The notes below the pieces were generated by a model. The model did not search any database, was not told the DNA's origin, and saw nothing but the letters and a program-made list of their open reading frames with translations. Shown here in pieces: positions 59,457 to 64,000 of a DNA stretch of 64,000 bases. Within the stretch, counting starts at the first letter, position 1; the number at the start of each line of letters is the position of its first letter. The position numbers and the translations under genes are program-made. The stretch comes from an uncultured Porphyromonas sp. (GTDB lineage Bacteria > Bacteroidota > Bacteroidia > Bacteroidales > Porphyromonadaceae): the NCBI GenBank assembly GCA_964535945.1, contig CAZHWP010000001.1, forward strand, positions 36,230 through 100,229. The letters run 5' to 3'.

Positions 59457-61160
59457 TTATTTCTTTTGAGCCTTTTGCCAAGTATCTTTGAGAGATGCTG
59501 TGCGATTTAGTACTAGAGCATCGGGGCGACTATCTGTGTCTACAGTAAAGTAGCCAATGCGTGTAAACTGATACTGCTCGCCTGGCTTGGCGTCCTTGAG
59601 GAAGCTTTCTACTCTTGCTACTCGGTTTATCTGTAGCGAATTTGGATTGATCATCTCTGCCAAGCTCTTGTCTTTTACCTCGGCAGGATTTTCCGTTTCG
59701 AAGAGACGGTCGTAGATTCTTAGCTCAACGGGTAGGCTATCTTGGGCCGATACCCAATGGATTGTGCCTTTTACCTTGCGGTTGCTCTGAGGCATGCCCG
59801 AGAGAGTTTCTGGGTCATACTCGGCATACACGGTCGTCACATTGCCTGCTTCATCCTTTTCGCATCCTGTACAGCGCACGATATATGCCGATCGCAAGCG
59901 CACTTCCTGGCCAGGAGTCATACGGAAGTATTTCTTGGGTGCATCTTCCATAAAGTCGTCGCGCTCAATAAATAGTTCGCGCGAGAATAGGATGCTGTGC
60001 GAGCCAGCTTCGGGATCTTCGGGGTTGTTTACAGCTTGGAGCTCCTCGGTCTTTCCCTCGGGGTAGTTGCTCAGCACCAATTTGATGGGATCGAGTACGC
60101 CCGACACACGAGTTGCGTGGGCGTTGAGGTCTTCGCGTACGCTATGCTCTAGCAATGCCATATCGATGGTGCCATCGTACTTGGTGTAGCCTATACGATC
60201 GATGAAGTTGCGGATAGCTGCCGGAGTGTAGCCGCGGCGGCGCATCCCCGATAGGGTAGGCATGCGTGGGTCGTCCCAACCGGTTACCAAACCTTCCTGT
60301 ACGAGCTGTAGCAGCTTGCGCTTGCTCATCATAGTGTAGGTTAGGTTTAGGCGGTTAAACTCGGTTTGGTAAGGGGCATAGTCGCTATCTTTTAATAACT
60401 CAATGAAATACTCGTATAGAGGGCGATGTACTTCAAATTCGAGTGTACATAGCGAGTGTGTAACCCCCTCGAAATAGTCGCTCTGGCCATGGGCAAAGTC
60501 GTACATTGGGTAGACATGCCAGTCGTTGCCCGTGCGGTGATGAGGATATTTGATGATACGATAGATAATCGGATCACGGAAGTGCATGTTGGAGTGTGCC
60601 ATATCTATTTTGGCACGCAAGGTCATGGCACCTTCTTCAAACTCGCCTGCATTCATGCGATGAAAGAGGTCCATGCTCTCCTCGGCTGGCCTATCCCGGT
60701 AAGGGCTGTTGCTGCCAGGAGTGGTAGGGGTACCTTTCTGCTGTGCAATCTGCTCGGCTGTTTGCTCATCGACGTAGGCATGTCCTTCACGGATTAGCTT
60801 TTCTGCAAAGGCAAAGAGCTGTGGAAAGTAGTCCGATGCGTAATATTCATTGGCCCACTGAAAGCCCAGCCACTGGATGTCTTCACGAATGGCGTCGATG
60901 TACTCTACATCTTCTTTTACGGGATTGGTATCGTCGAAGCGTAGGTTGCAAATGCCTCCATAACGCTCGGCTATTCCAAAGTCGAGACAGATCGCTTTGG
61001 CATGGCCTATGTGTAGATAGCCATTAGGCTCGGGTGGGAAACGTGTCTGTACGTATCCGTTGTTTTTGCCAGCCTTTAGGTCGGCTTCTACCATTTGCTC
61101 GATGAAGTTGAGACTTCTTTTACCTTCAGTGTTGCTTGTTTCCTTAGCTTGATTGCACAT
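59457..61160 (-). CDS. glnS: Glutamine--tRNA ligase
   Basis: TRFPPEPNGYLHIGH, RFDDTNP, YPMYDFAH, MSKRKL and QFTRIGYF motifs. Start set at ATG 61160; -7 element TAACTTTG at 61193-61200. Confidence 0.96.
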   Translation of the reverse strand: MCNQAKETSNTEGKRSLNFIEQMVEADLKAGKNNGYVQTRFPPEPNGYLHIGHAKAICLDFGIAERYGGICNLRFDDTNPVKEDVEYIDAIREDIQWLGFQWANEYYASDYFPQLFAFAEKLIREGHAYVDEQTAEQIAQQKGTPTTPGSNSPYRDRPAEESMDLFHRMNAGEFEEGAMTLRAKIDMAHSNMHFRDPIIYRIIKYPHHRTGNDWHVYPMYDFAHGQSDYFEGVTHSLCTLEFEVHRPLYEYFIELLKDSDYAPYQTEFNRLNLTYTMMSKRKLLQLVQEGLVTGWDDPRMPTLSGMRRRGYTPAAIRNFIDRIGYTKYDGTIDMALLEHSVREDLNAHATRVSGVLDPIKLVLSNYPEGKTEELQAVNNPEDPEAGSHSILFSRELFIERDDFMEDAPKKYFRMTPGQEVRLRSAYIVRCTGCEKDEAGNVTTVYAEYDPETLSGMPQSNRKVKGTIHWVSAQDSLPVELRIYDRLFETENPAEVKDKSLAEMINPNSLQINRVARVESFLKDAKPGEQYQFTRIGYFTVDTDSRPDALVLNRTASLKDTWQKAQKK

Positions 61161-61325
61161 GTTGCTACAGATATTTGGGTACAATTAAAAGCCAAAGTTA
61201 AGCATTTTCGCCCGATTACTTTCTCGCCACCCAGCTAAAACTGCAGAATTGTGTCGCCTAGGTCGAATCGACAGATGCAAGAAGGGGGGAAGCTTGCTCC
61301 AATCTTGTATCTTTGTAGGCACAAT

Positions 61326-62099
61326 ATGAAATCAAACGAAATGAACAGCCCTTTTGCTAAGCGACTGATCGAAGCGTGGCTACACTTCAGAAAGAGTAGC
61401 CCCAATCAAGATAGCCTTTGTCCCAAAGCTTGCTTCTTCGATATGGATGGCGTGATATTCGACTCGATGCCTATACATGCACAAAGCTGGGTGGGAGCTA
61501 CAGCACAGTATGGTATCAGAAGCTGTGAGGCCGACTTCTACCGCCTCGAGGGGCAGATAGGATCTGAGACCATTCGGCAGCTAGTGGACAGAAACTTCAA
61601 TAGGGAGGCTAGCCCCGAAGAAATCGAAGGGGTTTACAAGCTCAAAACAGAACTCTTCGTCAAGCTCGAAGGGCACGAACCAATGCTGGGTGCAGCAGAA
61701 ACGATCGAGGAAGTTCGCCGTGCAGGCTTAGGTCTGGTCTTGGTTACGGGCTCTTCGCAGTCGAGTTTGCTGCATAGGCTCGAGCGTAGTTACCCTGGCG
61801 TATTTGACCCGAGTAATATGGTTACAGGACTCGACGTGGAGCGTGGCAAGCCGCACCCCGAACCCTATCTGAAAGCCTTGGGCTTACTAGGCATACAAGC
61901 TCACGAAGCTCTGGTTGTAGAGAATGCGCCTCTGGGCATACGTGCTGCGAGAGCCGCAGGAATATTTACACTTGCGGTCAATACCGGACCATTGCCCGAC
62001 GAGCTACTAATGGAAGCTGGTGCCTCGGTACTGGCTGCCGATATGAATGAGGTGGCTGAAGGATTGCGTCTCTTTTTTGAAGAGCTCAGGCAGAGCTAA
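61326..62099 (+). CDS. HAD family hydrolase (beta-PGM-like)
   Basis: FDMDGVIFDS, GKPHPEPY and VVENAPLG motifs. -7 element TATCTTTG at 61308-61315 supports the ATG at 61326. Confidence 0.88.
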   Translation: MKSNEMNSPFAKRLIEAWLHFRKSSPNQDSLCPKACFFDMDGVIFDSMPIHAQSWVGATAQYGIRSCEADFYRLEGQIGSETIRQLVDRNFNREASPEEIEGVYKLKTELFVKLEGHEPMLGAAETIEEVRRAGLGLVLVTGSSQSSLLHRLERSYPGVFDPSNMVTGLDVERGKPHPEPYLKALGLLGIQAHEALVVENAPLGIRAARAAGIFTLAVNTGPLPDELLMEAGASVLAADMNEVAEGLRLFFEELRQS

Positions 62100-62222
62100 T
62101 CCCCTTTGCATAGGGTTTGTAGATTTTTTATCTTTGCAAGCTAAGGCCTTATACTGAGGCTAAAGATACTTGATAGGAAATCAATTGAAGGTTTCCCCAT
62201 AATGATACAAATTGCTAGAATT

Positions 62223-62858
62223 ATGCAACGCATACCATTTCTCACACTTTGCTTCTTGCTGCTCTTCGTGGGGCTTAGCAAGCTGCAGGCTCAAAAGCTG
62301 GGGCCACTATTCCTTACGATGCCTAGTGAGCTATTGCCCCAATTGCCCGACGAGCAACGGCGCCCACTAATAGATGCCAACAGCTTACCGGCCGAAGTGG
62401 AGAGCGACCTCGGAGCCAGCGTCAAACTGCTACGATTAGAACCCTACCTCGAGCTTAGCACTAGTGCTGTATCGGAGCTAACGATGCAGTTGCTTCCAGT
62501 GCAGGGTAAGCCTGCGCTGATACTACTAATAAACACGGTACTCAGCCCTTATGCCGATTCGAGGTTAAGCATTTACTCTCAAGAGTGGCAAGCCCAAAAC
62601 GTAGCAGCTTACTTCACCATGCCTAGCGTGCAGCAGTTTTTTGCACATAGACACTTGCCCGTAGCATTGCAAAAGGCTTTCGAGGCTAGACCCTATATTC
62701 GCATAAAACCGAGTGAGCAGGGCTTGGGCTTGGAGCTCGAACTCGATAAGACCATACTTTCCCAAGAGGAACAAAAGCAATATCAAAAGGAGTTGGAGCA
62801 ACCCATAAGCCTAAGCATGCGCTGGCAGAATGGAAGCTATACTCTCTTGGCTCAATAA
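62223..62858 (+). CDS. DUF3256 family exported protein
   Basis: Signal peptide, FLTMPSELLPQL and ADSRLSIYSQEW resemble DUF3256. -7 element at 62129-62136. Confidence 0.7.
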   Translation: MQRIPFLTLCFLLLFVGLSKLQAQKLGPLFLTMPSELLPQLPDEQRRPLIDANSLPAEVESDLGASVKLLRLEPYLELSTSAVSELTMQLLPVQGKPALILLINTVLSPYADSRLSIYSQEWQAQNVAAYFTMPSVQQFFAHRHLPVALQKAFEARPYIRIKPSEQGLGLELELDKTILSQEEQKQYQKELEQPISLSMRWQNGSYTLLAQ

Positions 62859-62882
62859 TTTACTATCGTATTATCGCAGAAA

Positions 62883-63806
62883 ATGGAACTTAGTAGAAAG
62901 AAAATTATCTATATGACCTCAATTCTTGGGGTATTGATCCTTCTTGTAGGTGTGTTTTATGTTATGTTGCGTCGCGAACGTGGTGCTCTAGAGCAGGATA
63001 GACAGCAGTTTGCTATGCTCGAAAAGGAGGCTATGCAAGATGAACTCGATAGACTGAGCGAGGAGTACTCACTGCAGTCCGACAAATTGTCGCTAAACTC
63101 TACCGAGATGCCACTCCGACCCAATAATGACTCGCTATTAGCCCAACTTATTGCCGAGCGTGCCAAGGTAGATAGACTATCGCAAGAGCTCAAGCAAGTA
63201 AAAGCCTCGAACGTCAAACGCATCTCGGAGCTTCGTAGCGAAGTGGCGACACTACGTGGTATATTGCGGAGTTATGTAGAGCAAGTAGACTCACTACATG
63301 CGAGCAATCAGCGCTTAATAGCCGAGAATAAAGAAGTGAAAGCCAACTACCAAGCCATGGCAGGGCAAGCTTCACAGCTAAAGAAAGAAAAAGATCAGCT
63401 TAGCGATAGGGTGCAACTCGCTGCCAAGCTCGATGCCGTGAATATCAATGTAACTTTACTGGATAGACGAGGCCGAACTGTGCAAAAGATCTCGCGTGGT
63501 AAAACCCTTGCCATGAGCTTCGCTATCCCCAAAAATATTACCGCAGAGCCAGGCGAGAAAACAATTTATGCACGCATTCTAACGCCTTCGGACGAGCTGC
63601 TTACAAAAAACGCGGGCAATCTCTTTCCTTTCGAAGGCAAGCAACTTGCTTACTCGGCTCGTAAGGTCATCGAGTATGGTGGCGAAGAGATGAGTGTACA
63701 GATCTATTGGGATATCGAAGAGGCCTTGATGGCTGGTGGCTATCGGGTCGACTTCTTTGCAGATGGCCATATTATCGGTCAAAAGCAGTTTTCACTCAAA
63801 GACTAA
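62883..63806 (+). CDS. Membrane-anchored coiled-coil protein with a C-terminal beta domain (conserved Bacteroidetes hypothetical)
   Basis: N-terminal TM helix, long heptad region and a C-terminal Ig-like stretch (GGYRVDFFADG). Confidence 0.75.
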   Translation: MELSRKKIIYMTSILGVLILLVGVFYVMLRRERGALEQDRQQFAMLEKEAMQDELDRLSEEYSLQSDKLSLNSTEMPLRPNNDSLLAQLIAERAKVDRLSQELKQVKASNVKRISELRSEVATLRGILRSYVEQVDSLHASNQRLIAENKEVKANYQAMAGQASQLKKEKDQLSDRVQLAAKLDAVNINVTLLDRRGRTVQKISRGKTLAMSFAIPKNITAEPGEKTIYARILTPSDELLTKNAGNLFPFEGKQLAYSARKVIEYGGEEMSVQIYWDIEEALMAGGYRVDFFADGHIIGQKQFSLKD

Positions 63807-63831
63807 GTAGAGAGCAGCAAGTCTGTTTTTT

Positions 63832-64000
63832 TTTGGTGCGTTTACGTACCAATTCGCTCAGCTTCAAAAGGGAGAGCTTTTTCGGAACTAGGAGCAAGAA
63901 GTTCGCTGCTTTTGCTCTTCATTTGAAAACGTCGGACATTTTGAAAAAAACGTCCGACGTTTTGAAAAAGTTCTCCTACGTTTTCAGAAAAATGTCCCAT
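63832..64000. mobile_element. MITE-like / minisatellite-containing repeat element, copy B (truncated by window end)
   Basis: Leader matches 16958-16978. tttt runs recur every 21 nt (63939, 63960, 63981). Units are palindromic, e.g. aaaacgtc-c-gacgtttt. Confidence 0.6.

Noticed and set aside
63920-64000. Periodic repeats as a CRISPR array (also 17050-17110)
   Set aside because: The period is only 21 nt with degenerate palindromic units and no unique spacers, and there are no cas genes.

Overview
Chromosomal window from a Bacteroidota bacterium, most likely a Porphyromonas species, judged from the P. gingivalis-like hmuY, porZ and TAnnTTTG promoters. Most of it is housekeeping: murA end, rimM, dxr, uvrB, trmH-like, birA, rdgB, porZ, pepC, ychF, flippase with an asparagine-synthase-like gene, mscS, GT2, dprA, purL, dedA, glnS and a HAD hydrolase. 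Four parts stand out. (1) An AT-rich ~17 kb island (28111-45142, minus strand) holds five tightly packed giant genes of unknown function (891, 816, 1318, 1950 and 647 aa). It includes a DUF6603-like protein that appears split in two and large insertions in otherwise conserved scaffolds. It has no integrase and is the best candidate for an undescribed system. (2) A heme-uptake hmuYRSTUV operon has an in-frame TAG in hmuT and a possible in-frame deletion in hmuS. (3) An arsR-arsC-arsF/G/E-like-arsP organoarsenical resistance operon carries a 24-bp operator palindrome. (4) A ~2.4 kb non-coding region (16485-18952) contains a MITE-like element, REP-like structured modules with covarying stems, a 24-bp perfect inverted repeat pair, a ~110-bp direct repeat and a probable sRNA. 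No tRNA, rRNA or CRISPR array was found. Family names come from motif recognition by memory, not from database searches.
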